DNA of 64,000 bases from Patescibacteria group bacterium (GTDB taxonomy: Bacteria > Patescibacteriota > Microgenomatia > UBA10105 > UBA927): positions 169,259 to 233,258 of the forward strand of contig JAMCTH010000003.1 in the NCBI GenBank assembly GCA_023379025.1, written 5' to 3'. A program made the translations under genes and the position numbers. Each line of letters opens with the position of its first letter. Position 1 is the first letter of the stretch. The notes under the pieces are model-generated. The model worked only from the letters and a program-made list of their open reading frames with translations. It had not been told where the DNA came from and did no database searches. Of the stretch, positions 45,013-56,523 are shown one piece after another.

Positions 45013-45792
45013 TCACGAACCGCGTTTGGTCAATATGATGGGCTCTGCATTCGTAACTGCGATGGTGTGCTCAAAAACAGCCGACAGGCTCCGGTCTACT
45101 GTTGCCAGCGTCCAGCCGTCGTCATTGTCGTAGACGATCTCCCCTTTGCCCATCGCGTAGATCACTTCGATGGCAATGGTCATGTCCGGACAAAGCCGCG
45201 GCGTTGCTTCGACCGGTCCGCGCAAAAAACCCGGTATTTGCGGCGCCTCGTGAAGGGTTTTCCCGACACCATGACCGACAAGCGTTTTGACAATGCTATA
45301 TCCCGCCCCTGTGATTTCCTTTTCAATAGCCTCTGAAATATGCCCTATATGGTTTCCTGCCCGCGCCGCGGCGATGGCATTGCGGAGCGCGGTTTCACCG
45401 GCATTCAAAAAACGGGCGTTCCGGTTGTCCGGAGAAGAACGCTTTCCGTCGGACAACACAAGCTCCGACCATGCCGTATCGGTATGGTATCCTTTATAGA
45501 GCATGCCGATATCAATGGTCAGAAGATCTCCTTCCGCAAGAGAATATCCCGTCGGAATACCATGAACCACCGCTTCATTGACGCAGAGACAGGTAGCCCA
45601 CCGGTACCCGCGGACTGTTTTAAAGGATGGTGTTCCGCCGGCCGCGAGTATTGCCGCGTTTCCCCTGTCTTCTATCTCGGAAAGCCGTATACCGGGTCTG
45701 GCAAAACCCAGAAGATCCTGAAGAATTGTTCCCAGCGCTTTTCCTCCTTCATGCATTGCATGAAGCGCTTCTTCCGTTTTCGTATAGTTCAT
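45013..45792 (-). CDS. map: Methionine aminopeptidase type I
   Basis: Metal-binding residues in the DIGM...HGVG...E pattern. 259 aa. Confidence 0.85.
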   Translation of the reverse strand: MNYTKTEEALHAMHEGGKALGTILQDLLGFARPGIRLSEIEDRGNAAILAAGGTPSFKTVRGYRWATCLCVNEAVVHGIPTGYSLAEGDLLTIDIGMLYKGYHTDTAWSELVLSDGKRSSPDNRNARFLNAGETALRNAIAAARAGNHIGHISEAIEKEITGAGYSIVKTLVGHGVGKTLHEAPQIPGFLRGPVEATPRLCPDMTIAIEVIYAMGKGEIVYDNDDGWTLATVDRSLSAVFEHTIAVTNAEPIILTKRGS

Positions 45793-46475
45793 AACAATTG
45801 ACGTTTATGGAGCTCGGTCTTGACCGCATTGACCACCTGTTCCTGTGTCATCCCCGTCGAGTCCAGGAGCCAGGCATCCGGAAGCTTCTGCAACGGATCC
45901 GTCGACCTGCCCATATCCTGGGCATCCCGGTCTTTTGTCTCCTCATACACCTCATCGAACGGCTTCGTAATCCCTTTGGCCTGCCACTGGAGCTGACGCC
46001 GTTTTACCCGCTCTTCAAGGCTTGCCGTTAAGTAAATTTTCAGCCGGGCGTCCGGCAGAACCCGCAGGCCGATATCCCGGCCTTCCATGACAACCCGTTT
46101 CCCCCGGGCTATCTCCTGCTGGCGCTTGACCATTTCCTGACGCACTTCCGGAATGGTGCTCACGTCAGAAGCTCCCATGGAAACATCCGGGTCGGAGATC
46201 CGGTCCGTTACATCGGTTCCGCCCAAAAGCACCTTATACGGGAAAGCGCTGTCCTTATCCGGTTCCACCAGATCTATGTCCGTATCCCCAAGGACCGCAA
46301 GCACCCTGTCGGCTTCTTTTCTCGGGACGGACCGGGTGATGCAGGCAAGGGCAAGCGCACGGTACATCGCTCCCGTATAGATATAGACGAGCCCTATCTC
46401 ACGCGCGAGCCGCGCAGAAATATCCCCTTTTCCGGCTGCAACAGGTCCGTCAATGGCAATCTGCAACGGCTTCAT
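45789..46475 (-). CDS. cmk: Cytidylate kinase
   Basis: IAIDGPVAAGKG P-loop, YIYTGAMYRA. Confidence 0.8.
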   Translation of the reverse strand: MKPLQIAIDGPVAAGKGDISARLAREIGLVYIYTGAMYRALALACITRSVPRKEADRVLAVLGDTDIDLVEPDKDSAFPYKVLLGGTDVTDRISDPDVSMGASDVSTIPEVRQEMVKRQQEIARGKRVVMEGRDIGLRVLPDARLKIYLTASLEERVKRRQLQWQAKGITKPFDEVYEETKDRDAQDMGRSTDPLQKLPDAWLLDSTGMTQEQVVNAVKTELHKRQLL

Positions 46476-46483
46476 AGCGTATA

Positions 46484-47086
46484 CTATCCCGAATTCTCCC
46501 CTGTTTTCTCAAGACCTAATTGCAGGAGAATTTCGGAAGTTACTGCTTCCACTGCCTGGTTTGCATTGATATCAACCAGAACACCTTTCTCACGGTAGTA
46601 TGCAAGCACGTCCTTTTCACTTTCTTTATAAATATTCAGCCTGCTCTGGATGCGTTCCGGTGAATCGTGCAGTTCGCTGCTTCCGGGATGGAGCGGCCTG
46701 GCCCGTTTGAGCAAACGTTTGAGCGATTCATCCTCCGGGAGCCGGAGGTAGACTACTTTTTCCACCTTATATCCGTATTTATCGATCTTGTCGTCCAGAA
46801 ATTTGGCCTGCTCAACGTTTCTCGGAAATCCGTCCATGATCCATCCACCCTTTGCGTCTTCTTCTTTAAGTCTCCATTTCCAGAGAACAAACATCTCGCT
46901 GTCAGCCACATACTTACCCTCCGAAAGTGCCTGGCGGCACACTTCTCCGATAATTCCCTTGTCGTTGGCTGCCGCATCCCGGACCAGATCGCCGGACGTA
47001 AGAACCGGCAAATGCAGCCGATCGGATAGTATTTTCGCCTGCGTACCTTTGCCTGACCCTTCAGGGCCGTAAAAAACAATATGCAT
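46484..47086 (-). CDS. adk: Adenylate kinase
   Basis: MHIVFYGPEGSGKGTQA...; short LID. Confidence 0.9.
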   Translation of the reverse strand: MHIVFYGPEGSGKGTQAKILSDRLHLPVLTSGDLVRDAAANDKGIIGEVCRQALSEGKYVADSEMFVLWKWRLKEEDAKGGWIMDGFPRNVEQAKFLDDKIDKYGYKVEKVVYLRLPEDESLKRLLKRARPLHPGSSELHDSPERIQSRLNIYKESEKDVLAYYREKGVLVDINANQAVEAVTSEILLQLGLEKTGENSG

Positions 47087-47178
47087 AAAATTAAGAAATC
47101 ACAAGTCTCAAATCCCAAATCCTTACGCCCGGCACGATCACCGCGGACACCGGATAGTGTGATCGGAGTCTTGTGATT

Positions 47179-48468
47179 TTACTCCTTTAAAAAACCTTCA
47201 TAATTTCTCATGACGAGCTGCGCCTCCAGAGCCTTGACCGTCTCCAGTACAACGGCCACGATAATGAGGACCCCTGTTCCGCCGATAAGAAGTGATGCAA
47301 CGCCGGTCGATCCCCGCGCAAGGGAAGGAAGAATTGCTATAAGTCCTAAGAATATCGCTCCAGCGAGGGTGATCCTCGTAAGAATATGATTGAGGTAATG
47401 CGCGGTCGGTGCACCCGGGCGGATACCGGGAATAAATCCGCCGTGTTTCTGGATTTCTTCGGCGATTTTTGTCGGATTGAAGGTGATAGCAGTATAGAAA
47501 TAGGTAAATCCGATCACCAGAAGGAAATACATGAGATTGTAGGAAAGACCGCTGGGATTAAAGAGATTGGTCAGCAATTTTCCGAAACTTACAATTGCGG
47601 GATTTCTGATCTGCGCCAGAAACCCGCCGACCAGCGAAGGGATAAGCACAAGCGATACGGCAAAAATTATCGGGATGACGCCGGCCTGGTTAACCCTGAG
47701 CGGAAGATAGGATGTCGCCCCGCCGTAAATTTTATTTCCGCGGATTCTTCTTGCATATTGCACGGTGATGCGCCGTACCGCTTCGTTGACAAAGACGGTG
47801 GCGGCGATAACGACGAGCGCCAACACGGCAAACATGATGGCATTTGAAAATCCTTCCGGGGTAAGCGTATTAACCGACTGCCCGAAGACCACGGGGAGCC
47901 GCCCGACGATACCGGCAAAAATCAGAAGTGATATCCCGTTTCCGATACCGTATTCCGTGATAAGTTCCCCGATCCACATGACAAATATAGTGCCTGCCGT
48001 CATCGTCACGATGAGAGAAAGAAGCGTCAGGGGATCGGTAACCGAAACAATGCCCTGATTTTTGAGGAGCGCAAACATTCCTATCGCCTGCACCATCGCA
48101 AGCGGGACCGTCAGAAAGCGGGTGTACTGATTAATTTTTTCCCTGCCGTATTCGCCTTCCTTCGAGAGCTCTTCCAGCTTGGGGAAAACGATGGTAAGAA
48201 GCTGCAGAATGATGGAGGCGTTGATATAGGGATTGAGTCCGAGTGCCATGACGGAAAAATTCACGAGCGTTCCTCCGGAGAAAATATCCAGAAGGCCCAG
48301 AAACTGATTTTGTGCAAACAACGTCGCAAGCTTAGCGGTGTTGACTCCCGGAATCGGAATATGGGCAAAGACGCGGAATACGACAAAAAGCGCCCCGGTG
48401 AGGAGGATTTTCCGCCGGAGCTCGGGCGTTTTCCAACTGTTGATAATCGGAGATAAGAGATTATTCAT
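47179..48468 (-). CDS. secY: Preprotein translocase subunit SecY
   Basis: 10 TM. Start at [13 protein letters not shown]. Overlaps the rplO end as usual. Confidence 0.85.
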   Translation of the reverse strand: MNNLLSPIINSWKTPELRRKILLTGALFVVFRVFAHIPIPGVNTAKLATLFAQNQFLGLLDIFSGGTLVNFSVMALGLNPYINASIILQLLTIVFPKLEELSKEGEYGREKINQYTRFLTVPLAMVQAIGMFALLKNQGIVSVTDPLTLLSLIVTMTAGTIFVMWIGELITEYGIGNGISLLIFAGIVGRLPVVFGQSVNTLTPEGFSNAIMFAVLALVVIAATVFVNEAVRRITVQYARRIRGNKIYGGATSYLPLRVNQAGVIPIIFAVSLVLIPSLVGGFLAQIRNPAIVSFGKLLTNLFNPSGLSYNLMYFLLVIGFTYFYTAITFNPTKIAEEIQKHGGFIPGIRPGAPTAHYLNHILTRITLAGAIFLGLIAILPSLARGSTGVASLLIGGTGVLIIVAVVLETVKALEAQLVMRNYEGFLKE

Positions 48469-48901
48469 GGAGTGGCACAACCCGACCGCCGGCACGCTCT
48501 ATGGCTTTCTGGGCGCTCCTCGAGCAGGGAACGGAAACGGTAAGTGCCACGGACAGCGTTCCGCCTCCAAGTACCTTTACGCTCTCTACCCGCTCTTCTA
48601 TTATATGCGCTTTTTTGAGAAGATCGAGCGTCACGTCCGACTTCGGGGGAAAAACACCCAACTTTGAAACCGTTACCGGATACACCTCTTTTTTGTATGA
48701 TCTGTTTTTTGCTTTACCCCGAAGAAAGGGTAACCGCCTGATAAGCGGTAATTGCCCTCCTTCGAACCCGATCCGCACCGTTTCCCTGGCTTTCTGTCCT
48801 TTGGTTCCCCGGCCAGACGTCTTCACCTTCCCGGAACCATGGCCCCTGCCTAGGCGTTTTTTTCTCTTATGGACGACTTTCGGTAATGTATGGAGATTCA
48901 T
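48461..48901 (-). CDS. rplO: 50S ribosomal protein L15
   Basis: [36 protein letters not shown]. Follows rpsE directly, with no L30 gene. Confidence 0.85.
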   Translation of the reverse strand: MNLHTLPKVVHKRKKRLGRGHGSGKVKTSGRGTKGQKARETVRIGFEGGQLPLIRRLPFLRGKAKNRSYKKEVYPVTVSKLGVFPPKSDVTLDLLKKAHIIEERVESVKVLGGGTLSVALTVSVPCSRSAQKAIERAGGRVVPLHE

Positions 48902-48911
48902 AGCAATGATA

Positions 48912-49394
48912 TTACGGTGTGGGCACTGCCCTCCGCGTTTTGAATTGTTTGAGTGCTTCCATGGTGGCATACACATTGGATGCCTGGTTTTTGCTTCCCA
49001 GGATTTTTGACACGATATCCCGGATACCGACCGCTTCAACTACCGCACGTACCGCTCCGCCGGCGATAACGCCGGTTCCGGGAGGAGCCGGCCGCAAAAG
49101 TACCTGGGCGGCACCGCGTTTAACGCGTACCTCATGCGGGATAGTCGTTCCTTTCAGGGGCACGGTGAACAGGTGTTTCTTGGCGTAACTTACCGCTTTC
49201 CGGACTGCGCTGGAAACATCCGGAGCGCCGCCAAGGCCTACTCCCACCCTGCCTTTTTTGTCGCCGACGACAACGAGAACGGAAAACCCGATTTTATTGC
49301 CGCCTTTTGTCTTCTTTGAAACCCTGTTGATCTGGACGATCTTCTCGTCAAATTCTTTGGGTTCATTTTGTGAACGGTTAAAGTCTCTTCTCAT
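48912..49394 (-). CDS. rpsE: 30S ribosomal protein S5
   Basis: dsRBD plus S5 C-terminal domain ([15 protein letters not shown]). Confidence 0.9.
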   Translation of the reverse strand: MRRDFNRSQNEPKEFDEKIVQINRVSKKTKGGNKIGFSVLVVVGDKKGRVGVGLGGAPDVSSAVRKAVSYAKKHLFTVPLKGTTIPHEVRVKRGAAQVLLRPAPPGTGVIAGGAVRAVVEAVGIRDIVSKILGSKNQASNVYATMEALKQFKTRRAVPTP

Positions 49395-49398
49395 ATAT

Positions 49399-49731
49399 TT
49401 ATAGCGTCAAACCCGCTTCCCTGGCCGCATCTGCTAAGGCCGCGATAACGCCGTGATAACGATATCCCCCCCGGTCGAACACAACAGCCTGTATATGATG
49501 CTCCTTGACGGCGCGCCGGGCAACTTCCGCGCCCAGAAGTTTCGCCTGCTCCTCGGTTTTGCCTCCGCGGGCAGAAAGTATGGTAACTCCCTTGTCGTCA
49601 TCAACAAGCTGAACGGAGAGGGCCGTATTTGAACGGAATACGCTCATCCGCGGCCGCTTGGCTGTTCCGGAAATCACAGCCCTAATCCGTCGCTTCCGCA
49701 GGATTCTCATGGATGACCTGGTTTTTTTCAT
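49399..49731 (-). CDS. rplR: 50S ribosomal protein L18
   Basis: [24 protein letters not shown]...[10 protein letters not shown]. Confidence 0.85.
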   Translation of the reverse strand: MKKTRSSMRILRKRRIRAVISGTAKRPRMSVFRSNTALSVQLVDDDKGVTILSARGGKTEEQAKLLGAEVARRAVKEHHIQAVVFDRGGYRYHGVIAALADAAREAGLTL

Positions 49732-50297
49732 TTTGCACCTCCGGCTCCCGGCGCGCCGCCCACTGCCTTGGCGGATTTGCCTGCCTTTTTCCTGATATAT
49801 TCCCCCTGATAGCGGATGCCCTTTCCCTTATATGGCTCGGGTTTTTTTACTGCACGTATGGACGCAGCAACCTGACCGACCGACTGCTTTTCCGTACCGG
49901 ATACGACGATTTTACCTTCTTTTATGACAAATGTAATCCCTTCCGGCGGCTCAATCCTGACCGGATGGGAGAATCCGACGGTCAGCACCAGAGATGTTCC
50001 TTCGGTACTTGCCCGGTATCCTACTCCGGACAGCTCAAGCGTCTTCGTCCATCCCCGGCTGACCCCGACAATCGCGTTAGAGAGTGAGGCGCGGAAAAAA
50101 CCGTGAAGAGCACGTACGTTCCCTCCGTCTCCCTTGCGCCCCACTCCTACCTCCTGTCCGTCCGCCCGGACGGTAATCCCTTTGGGCACGGACAAGGTCA
50201 GAACTCCTAGTGGGCCGGAGACCTCGACGACTGCTCCCTCCGTCCGGAGGGTAACACCGGGGGGCAACGATATGGGTAAGTTTCCGATTCTTGACAT
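49728..50297 (-). CDS. rplF: 50S ribosomal protein L6
   Basis: [15 protein letters not shown]... two alpha/beta domains. Confidence 0.9.
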   Translation of the reverse strand: MSRIGNLPISLPPGVTLRTEGAVVEVSGPLGVLTLSVPKGITVRADGQEVGVGRKGDGGNVRALHGFFRASLSNAIVGVSRGWTKTLELSGVGYRASTEGTSLVLTVGFSHPVRIEPPEGITFVIKEGKIVVSGTEKQSVGQVAASIRAVKKPEPYKGKGIRYQGEYIRKKAGKSAKAVGGAPGAGGAK

Positions 50298-50303
50298 AGG
50301 TGA

Positions 50304-50696
50304 TTACCAGACTTCGCACAAAAATTCACCGCCGATACCGAGATTTTTTGCATCCTTCCCGGTCATAACACCCCTCGATGTCGAAAGAATTGCGATACCC
50401 ATGCCGCCGACAACATGGGGAATCTTATCCTTAGCAATATAGATGCGCATGCCGGGTTTGCTTTTCCGCTTGATATCCGTAATTACCGATGTGTTGTCGT
50501 GATACTGCAGGGTAATGTTTAACCGGAATTTCGGCGCGACGCCTGTCTTCTCCGCCGCGGCGATGTATCCCTCTTTTGCCAATACGGAAGCAACCGCCAT
50601 TTTCATATTGGAATACGGCAGTGTTATAACCCGCCTATCCGCAAGAACGGCGTTTTTGATCTGGACAAGCATGTCTCCGATCGGATCGTTTACCAT
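50304..50696 (-). CDS. rpsH: 30S ribosomal protein S8
   Basis: MVNDPIGDMLVQIKNA... Confidence 0.9.
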   Translation of the reverse strand: MVNDPIGDMLVQIKNAVLADRRVITLPYSNMKMAVASVLAKEGYIAAAEKTGVAPKFRLNITLQYHDNTSVITDIKRKSKPGMRIYIAKDKIPHVVGGMGIAILSTSRGVMTGKDAKNLGIGGEFLCEVW

Positions 50697-50839
50697 AGAT
50701 ATAGAGGTATATACCGGGTTTCCGGATTATTTTCCTCCGTTCCTTTTCCCGGTATTCTCATAACTTTTGACGGTTTACTGGTCACGATGACCAATTGCTA
50801 AGGACCTTTCTTGAGTACCCTGCGTTCTCCCCCGTCTCC

Positions 50840-51025
50840 TTACCATGATGCTTTTGTCACTCCCGGCAACTCGCCGTTATGAGCGAGTTTTCTGAAACAC
50901 AACCGGCAAATGCCGAAAGTGCGCATGTATGCCCTCGATCTGCCGCAGAGAGAACATCTGTTCCGGTGGCGGACGGCAAACTTTTGTTTTTTCTGAAATT
51001 TTACTACGTCTGATGTTTTTGCCAT
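50840..51025 (-). CDS. rpsN: 30S ribosomal protein S14 type Z (zinc-binding)
   Basis: 61 aa, CSLCGR...CRLCFR. Confidence 0.85.
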   Translation of the reverse strand: MAKTSDVVKFQKKQKFAVRHRNRCSLCGRSRAYMRTFGICRLCFRKLAHNGELPGVTKASW

Positions 51026-51028
51026 AGG

Positions 51029-51571
51029 TTACTTCTCCTTCTCAAACGGCATACCGAGCTTCGTAAGAAGCGCGCGTGCCGAGGGGTCATCCGCTGCCGA
51101 AGTGACAAAGGTTACTTCAAAACCGCGTACTTTGTCAACCATGGAAAACTCAAGTTCCGGAAAAATCGTCTGCTCCGTAACGCCCATCGTATAGTTGCCC
51201 TGATGATCAAATCCGTGAAGCGGGACGCCATGAAAGTCACGGACACGCGGTAAAGCGATACCGATAAATTTTACCAGAAAATCATACATGCGTTTACCCC
51301 GCAATGTTACTTTCAGGCCTATGGCATCCCCCGCACGGAGTTTAAAGGTGGAAATGGCGCGTTTGGCCCGGGTAACTTGCGGCTTCTGACCCGTAATGGC
51401 GGCAAGCTGGGCTGACATAGCATCAAGCGCCTTTTTATCCGCAAGGGCCTCCCCTAAGCCACAGTTTATGACAATCCGCAAAAGCCGCGGAACTGCCATG
51501 ATATTCCCGATACCGAGTTCTTTCTCAAGTTCGGACCGAATAGTTTTCTGATCTGATATCTGTGTGTTCAT
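51029..51571 (-). CDS. rplE: 50S ribosomal protein L5
   Basis: Start at MNTQISDQK..NIMAVPRLLRIVINCGLGEA. Confidence 0.85.
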   Translation of the reverse strand: MNTQISDQKTIRSELEKELGIGNIMAVPRLLRIVINCGLGEALADKKALDAMSAQLAAITGQKPQVTRAKRAISTFKLRAGDAIGLKVTLRGKRMYDFLVKFIGIALPRVRDFHGVPLHGFDHQGNYTMGVTEQTIFPELEFSMVDKVRGFEVTFVTSAADDPSARALLTKLGMPFEKEK

Positions 51572-51594
51572 AGGTATGATCGTGCCTTGCATTG

Positions 51595-51912
51595 TCAGAG
51601 CTTGCGTTCACATTTTCTGCAGATTCTGATCTTTTCGTCTCGGGTTATCAAAAATCCGATCCGTGTCGGCTTGCCGCACGAAGGACAAAGGACCATCACG
51701 CTTCCGGTGCTCAATGGCCGGTTCCGCTCGACTATCCCTCCCGGATTTTGCTCGTCACGGCGTTTCATATGCCGCTTATAGGTGTTGATACCTTCAACCA
51801 GAAGGGCGTTTCTGCGGGGAAAAACCTTCTGGATTTTTCCCTTTCGTCCTTTATCCTTGCCGGCAATGACAACTACCGTATCTCCTTTGTTGAATTTGCT
51901 GTGTTTTGACAT
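51595..51912 (-). CDS. rplX: 50S ribosomal protein L24
   Basis: KOW motif KGDTVVVIAGKDKGRKGKI. Start at MSKHSKF. Confidence 0.85.
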   Translation of the reverse strand: MSKHSKFNKGDTVVVIAGKDKGRKGKIQKVFPRRNALLVEGINTYKRHMKRRDEQNPGGIVERNRPLSTGSVMVLCPSCGKPTRIGFLITRDEKIRICRKCERKL

Positions 51913-51922
51913 AGGTGTTCCG

Positions 51923-52297
51923 TTAGTATACTTCAGCGGCCATACTGACGATTTTATGAAATCCGAGATCCCGGAGTTCCCGTGCAATCGGCCCGAATAT
52001 CCTCGTACCTCTCGGATTTTTGTCATCCGGGTTATCGATCACGACTCCTGCGTTGTCGTCAAACCGTATGTAGGAGCCGTCCTTCCTGTGAAGTTCTTTG
52101 TGCGTCCGGACGATCACGACTTTCACGAGTTCGTCATCCTTGACCGTTCCTGTCGGGATGGCTTTCCTGACCACGCACTGCACGATATCCCCGATACGGG
52201 CGAATTTCCGCTTGGAAGAACCGTAAATATGCGTCACGGTCATCTCCTGCACTCCGCTGTTATCTGCTGCAACTAAAGCTGTTCGCCGCTGAATCAT
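51923..52297 (-). CDS. rplN: 50S ribosomal protein L14
   Basis: [15 protein letters not shown]... Confidence 0.9.
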   Translation of the reverse strand: MIQRRTALVAADNSGVQEMTVTHIYGSSKRKFARIGDIVQCVVRKAIPTGTVKDDELVKVVIVRTHKELHRKDGSYIRFDDNAGVVIDNPDDKNPRGTRIFGPIARELRDLGFHKIVSMAAEVY

Positions 52298-52572
52298 AGC
52301 AAGACTCCTGTAACAATATAGTGTTTCCGTTTGCTGATAGGCCTCGAGTGTTCTATGCGAACACGCTGACCCGGACGAAGACTCTCACCCGGGTTATGGA
52401 CGGAAAGCCGCCTGATTTTTTTGAGCGCCTTTTTATAGACCGGATGCTGATACGTATGGATGACCTCGACAATGACGGTCTGCTGCCCCCTCGAAGAAAC
52501 AACGGTACCGATCAGCTGCCGGCGGCTGACATGTACGGACTTTTCCGGTTTCGTCGATTGTGTCCCGGTCAT
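52294..52572 (-). CDS. rpsQ: 30S ribosomal protein S17
   Basis: [18 protein letters not shown]... Confidence 0.85.
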   Translation of the reverse strand: MTGTQSTKPEKSVHVSRRQLIGTVVSSRGQQTVIVEVIHTYQHPVYKKALKKIRRLSVHNPGESLRPGQRVRIEHSRPISKRKHYIVTGVLL

Positions 52573-52793
52573 ACGAGGCCTTCCTTCCTGGAAACTTCAA
52601 GCTGCATCTCACGGTCAAAGGTTTTTAGGACTGCAAGCATTTTCCTCTTTTCTCTGGCTTCCCGGTGGTTTTTGATCTGTTTGGTCGACCTGTCCCGCCG
52701 CCATGCAAGAATTTCCGCCTCAAGTTCATCTCTTCGTTTATGACGTTCTTCGGCGTTCAATGCCCGTAAAGACTGTTTTTCTTTCTGTCTCAT
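52569..52793 (-). CDS. rpmC: 50S ribosomal protein L29
   Basis: 74 aa, helical, [10 protein letters not shown]. Confidence 0.8.
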   Translation of the reverse strand: MRQKEKQSLRALNAEERHKRRDELEAEILAWRRDRSTKQIKNHREAREKRKMLAVLKTFDREMQLEVSRKEGLV

Positions 52794-53203
52794 AGTTCCT
52801 CCTTGACGACAAACTTCGTTCTGACCGGAAGTTTTGCCGCGGCCAGGCGCATGGCTTCCTTCGCGTCCTCCCCGGCGACACCGCCCATTTCAAACAGAAT
52901 ACGGCCCGGACGGACGACCGCCACATACTCATAGACATCCCCCTTCCCGCTTCCCATTCTGGTTTCCGGCGGTTTTTTGGTAATCGGCTTGTCCGGAAAA
53001 ATGCGGATCCATACCCGCCCGCCGCGCCGGGTGTAGTGCGTCAGCGCTCTCCTGGCCGCTTCTATCTGACGGCTTCCGACCCACCCGACGGTCAGCGCTT
53101 TGAGTCCGCAGTTGCCGAAATTCAGCTCACTGCCGCGTACGGATATACCGCGCCGTTTTCCCCTGAATGATTTTCTGTGTTTTGCCCGTTTTGGTGCTAA
53201 CAT
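52790..53203 (-). CDS. rplP: 50S ribosomal protein L16
   Basis: [19 protein letters not shown]... Confidence 0.9.
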   Translation of the reverse strand: MLAPKRAKHRKSFRGKRRGISVRGSELNFGNCGLKALTVGWVGSRQIEAARRALTHYTRRGGRVWIRIFPDKPITKKPPETRMGSGKGDVYEYVAVVRPGRILFEMGGVAGEDAKEAMRLAAAKLPVRTKFVVKEEL

Positions 53204-53286
53204 ATTGGTTACAGTTATTTCGTTAATTGGTTACTTCGTGATTCGCGTATTCAATATATTGCCATTGCGTCGAACGCTGTAACAAA

Positions 53287-53961
53287 CTAACTTTTTCTGC
53301 ATATCCATACTTTTACCCCGATATATCCCGATTTTGTAAGTGCAGGTACCGCACTGAAGTCCACATCCTCCCGCAGCGTTGAAAGCGGAATCGTGCCGGA
53401 TTGGTACTTTTCGCGCCGGGCAATTTCCGCTCCGGCGATGCGTCCGGAAAGAAGAATCTTTACCCCTTTGACGCTTCCGGAAGACATGATTCTGTTGAGC
53501 GCCTGGTTGCACACCCGTTTGTGCGGGAGGCGGCGGACCAGTTGGTCGGCGATTGATGTCGCGACGAGAAACGCATCGGCGTTGGGCTCCTTCACCGGCT
53601 CCACGGACACGTCTACCTTGATTTTCGCGCTGTCCGGCCCGGCGTGCCCCTTGGTTCTTGCCCGTTCCCGTTCACGGAGAAACGATTCGATAAACTTTTT
53701 CAGTTCTTCCATGCCGGAACCGCCGCGGCCGATGACCATGCCGGGCTTCGTAACATGAAGCGTCACGGCAATTTTGTTGATCGACCGCTCGATCTCAACC
53801 CGGGAAAGCCCCGCGCTTTTTAATTTCGCGTGAAGCGATTCCCGGAGTTTCACATCATCCAGTAATAGCGACCGGTACCGCTTTTTGTCCGCAAACCAGC
53901 GTGACTCCCAGCTGAAGCCCTGTCCGAGTCTGAATCCTTTTGGATGTATTTTTTGCCCCAT
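53287..53961 (-). CDS. rpsC: 30S ribosomal protein S3
   Basis: MGQKIHPKGFRLG... KH domain. Confidence 0.9.
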   Translation of the reverse strand: MGQKIHPKGFRLGQGFSWESRWFADKKRYRSLLLDDVKLRESLHAKLKSAGLSRVEIERSINKIAVTLHVTKPGMVIGRGGSGMEELKKFIESFLRERERARTKGHAGPDSAKIKVDVSVEPVKEPNADAFLVATSIADQLVRRLPHKRVCNQALNRIMSSGSVKGVKILLSGRIAGAEIARREKYQSGTIPLSTLREDVDFSAVPALTKSGYIGVKVWICRKS

Positions 53962-54004
53962 ATGTATAAAATTTTAAATCCTTATTTCGGAAACCAAACT
54001 AAAT

Positions 54005-54358
54005 TCAAGCATGAATCTCAGGTTTTTCATCCGTCAACACCACTCTCACATGCGTCGTCCGTTTTTTGTACGGGTGCGCCTGTCCCCGGGAAACGGCATG
54101 CCACCGTTTCATACCCGTTCCCCCCATAATTTCTATTGTCTTAAACCGCAATACTCCCGGGTCCGCCTTTTTTGCGGCTGCATTTGCAAGAGCGGACTGG
54201 ATCGCCTTCCGGAGCGGCCCGGCACCGGACTTCGGCGTCTCATACAATATGTCGACCGCACGGCCGGGCGCCAATGCCCGGATACTGTCCGCCACAAGAC
54301 GGACCTTTCTCGTACTGACGCGGACATGCTTTGCCGTTGCCTGATATTCCATATTCAT
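54005..54358 (-). CDS. rplV: 50S ribosomal protein L22
   Basis: AKHVRVSTRKVRLVADSIR... Confidence 0.85.
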   Translation of the reverse strand: MNMEYQATAKHVRVSTRKVRLVADSIRALAPGRAVDILYETPKSGAGPLRKAIQSALANAAAKKADPGVLRFKTIEIMGGTGMKRWHAVSRGQAHPYKKRTTHVRVVLTDEKPEIHA

Positions 54359-54360
54359 GC

Positions 54361-54645
54361 TTATGTCTTTTCAAGTACCCGTTTGGTAACCTGACCGTGT
54401 CCCCGGAACATCCTCGTCGGGGAAAATTCCCCGAGCCGGTGCCCGACCATGGATTCATTCACAAAAATTTCGATAAATGCCCTGCCGTTATGGACGGCAA
54501 ACCGGTGTCCGACAAATTCCGGCGGTATCTGACACGCCCGCGACCAGGTCCGGATGGGCGACCGTTCACCGCCGGCTTTCTGTTTGTTGACTTTCGCCAA
54601 CAGTTTTTTATCTATATATGGTCCTTTTTTGGTACTGCGTGCCAT
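54361..54645 (-). CDS. rpsS: 30S ribosomal protein S19
   Basis: MARSTKKGPYIDKKLL...HNGR. Confidence 0.9.
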   Translation of the reverse strand: MARSTKKGPYIDKKLLAKVNKQKAGGERSPIRTWSRACQIPPEFVGHRFAVHNGRAFIEIFVNESMVGHRLGEFSPTRMFRGHGQVTKRVLEKT

Positions 54646-54674
54646 AGCGTTGTATTAGAGTTCGCGCAACTCCT

Positions 54675-55436
54675 TCATCTGGATTTCCTTCTTTCAAGAA
54701 TACGGCTGTCACTGTATTTTCTCCGCTTTCTTGTGCGTTTCCCGAGCGTCCGTTTCCCCCACGGACTTTTGGGCGACACCAGTCCGATCCCGCTTCTTCC
54801 CTCCCCGCCGCCGTGCGGATGGGACCTCGGATTCTGCGCAACCCCACGAACAGTCGGGCGTCTCCCCATGTGACGGCTTCTGCCTGCTTTTCCTATGGTT
54901 TCATTTTTGTGGTCCGGATTACTGACCTGCCCGACGGTCGCACGGCAACCGACACGAAACGCGCGGATTTCGCTTGAGGGCATTTTGAGCTGTGCCCAGA
55001 TTCCGTCGTTCGAAAGAACGGTAGCAACGCTCCCTGCACTCCTGACGATCTGTCCGCCGCGGCCCGGCACGAGTTCGACATTATGCACCGGCGTTCCGAC
55101 CGGCATCCGTCCCAAGGGAAGCGTGTTGCCGACACGGACATCCGCTGTCTCACCGCTTTCCACCCTGGTACCCACATCAAGTCCTTCCGGGGCGATGATA
55201 TATCGTTTTTCCCCGTCCCGGTAGTGAAGGAGCGCAATCTCTGCCGTCCTGTTCGGATCGTACTCGATGGAAACCACCCGTGCAGGAATACCTATTTTAT
55301 CACGCCGCCAGTCAATGATCCGGTAAAAGCGCTTATGACGACCACCCTGATGCCGTGTCGAAATATGTCCGAACATATCCCTGCCGGAGTGTTTCGACAG
55401 TATGGTATGAAGCTGTTTAATACGATATTGTTTCAT
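54675..55436 (-). CDS. rplB: 50S ribosomal protein L2
   Basis: ...GRNN.G.IT.RH.GGGHKR-like core [23 protein letters not shown]. Confidence 0.9.
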   Translation of the reverse strand: MKQYRIKQLHTILSKHSGRDMFGHISTRHQGGRHKRFYRIIDWRRDKIGIPARVVSIEYDPNRTAEIALLHYRDGEKRYIIAPEGLDVGTRVESGETADVRVGNTLPLGRMPVGTPVHNVELVPGRGGQIVRSAGSVATVLSNDGIWAQLKMPSSEIRAFRVGCRATVGQVSNPDHKNETIGKAGRSRHMGRRPTVRGVAQNPRSHPHGGGEGRSGIGLVSPKSPWGKRTLGKRTRKRRKYSDSRILERRKSR

Positions 55437-55442
55437 AGTGCG

Positions 55443-55754
55443 TTATTTCTTTTTCGGTTCCTCCTGCGTCTGCGACACTTCAAAAGCTGAAATGGTCTGG
55501 CCCTTCCCGAGCCGCACGATTGCTTTTTTCCACTGGGGTTTTGCGATAGTACGCATTTTTCTGCCTACCCTTCGTTTTTTCCCTTCGACCCGGAGGGTCC
55601 GGGCAGAGGTAACCGTAACACGGTACAACCTGGCAACTTCCCGGCTGATGGCTCCTTTGTCCGCATCGGGATCCACAACAAACGTATACCAGCCTTGAGC
55701 GGCGTCCGTAAGGGATTTTTCCGTTATATACGGTCTTTGGATAATCTGTTTCAT
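55443..55754 (-). CDS. rplW: 50S ribosomal protein L23
   Basis: IIQRPYITEKS... Confidence 0.85.
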   Translation of the reverse strand: MKQIIQRPYITEKSLTDAAQGWYTFVVDPDADKGAISREVARLYRVTVTSARTLRVEGKKRRVGRKMRTIAKPQWKKAIVRLGKGQTISAFEVSQTQEEPKKK

Positions 55755-56521
55755 AGATGTAGCGGGATAAGCTCGTCAATCGCCTGTTTCATAATAAGAA
55801 TATGATGATGGGCAAGAACGTCATAGGCATTCAAATTTTTTGCGGGAAGAATGGTCAACCCGCCGATATTCCCGGCACCGCGCCTGATTGCCGGCGCTTT
55901 CATGCCGGTGATAAGCAGTGTCTTTCCCGATACCAGGTACGTTGAGAGCGCCTGGGCCATCAGCTTCGTTTTCGGTTCCAGCTCCTCCAGTCCGGCAATG
56001 ACCGTCACAGCATGATCTCTCAGTTTTTGTGTCAGAGCTACGGCGAGCGCTTTCCGGCGCATCTGTTTCGTCATTTCCAGGTGATAATTTCTCGGACGCG
56101 GACCGAACACAATGCCGCCTCCCACGAAAATGGGCGCCCGGATAGCACCGTGTCGTGCCCTGCCCGTACCCTTCTGGCGGAAGAGCTTTCGGGTGGAGCC
56201 TTCAACCTCTGAGCGTGTTTTTGTCGATGCACCCCCGATCCGTGTGTTTGTGCGGTAAACACGGACCGCCTGAGCAAGAAGCATCATGTTCAGCTTGGCA
56301 TCAAAAAGTTCTTCGGGAAGCGCCGTGGTGCCGCCTGCTTTCCCGTCTGTTCCCACAACCGGTACCGATACTCCTTCTCCCGCCTTTTTCTTGGATGCCT
56401 TCCTGACACGCGGCGCCGCCTGTTTATCGGCAGCAGGGGCCGGAGGTGCGTTCCGTTTCGCTTTCAGAGACGGTTTTCCGGAATGTATTCGCCTTGCATT
56501 TTTATTACGGGCATCTTCCAT
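55751..56521 (-). CDS. rplD: 50S ribosomal protein L4 (approx. 45-aa basic N-terminal extension)
   Basis: ...RQKGTGRARHGAIRAPIFVGGG... Confidence 0.85.
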   Translation of the reverse strand: MEDARNKNARRIHSGKPSLKAKRNAPPAPAADKQAAPRVRKASKKKAGEGVSVPVVGTDGKAGGTTALPEELFDAKLNMMLLAQAVRVYRTNTRIGGASTKTRSEVEGSTRKLFRQKGTGRARHGAIRAPIFVGGGIVFGPRPRNYHLEMTKQMRRKALAVALTQKLRDHAVTVIAGLEELEPKTKLMAQALSTYLVSGKTLLITGMKAPAIRRGAGNIGGLTILPAKNLNAYDVLAHHHILIMKQAIDELIPLHL

Positions 56522-56523
56522 AG

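Noticed and set aside
51595-51912. Extra zinc ribbon in L24 (CPSCG...CRKCE)
   Set aside because: The length is canonical. The cysteines align with normal L24 C-terminal positions, so this is a substitution pattern and not an added domain.
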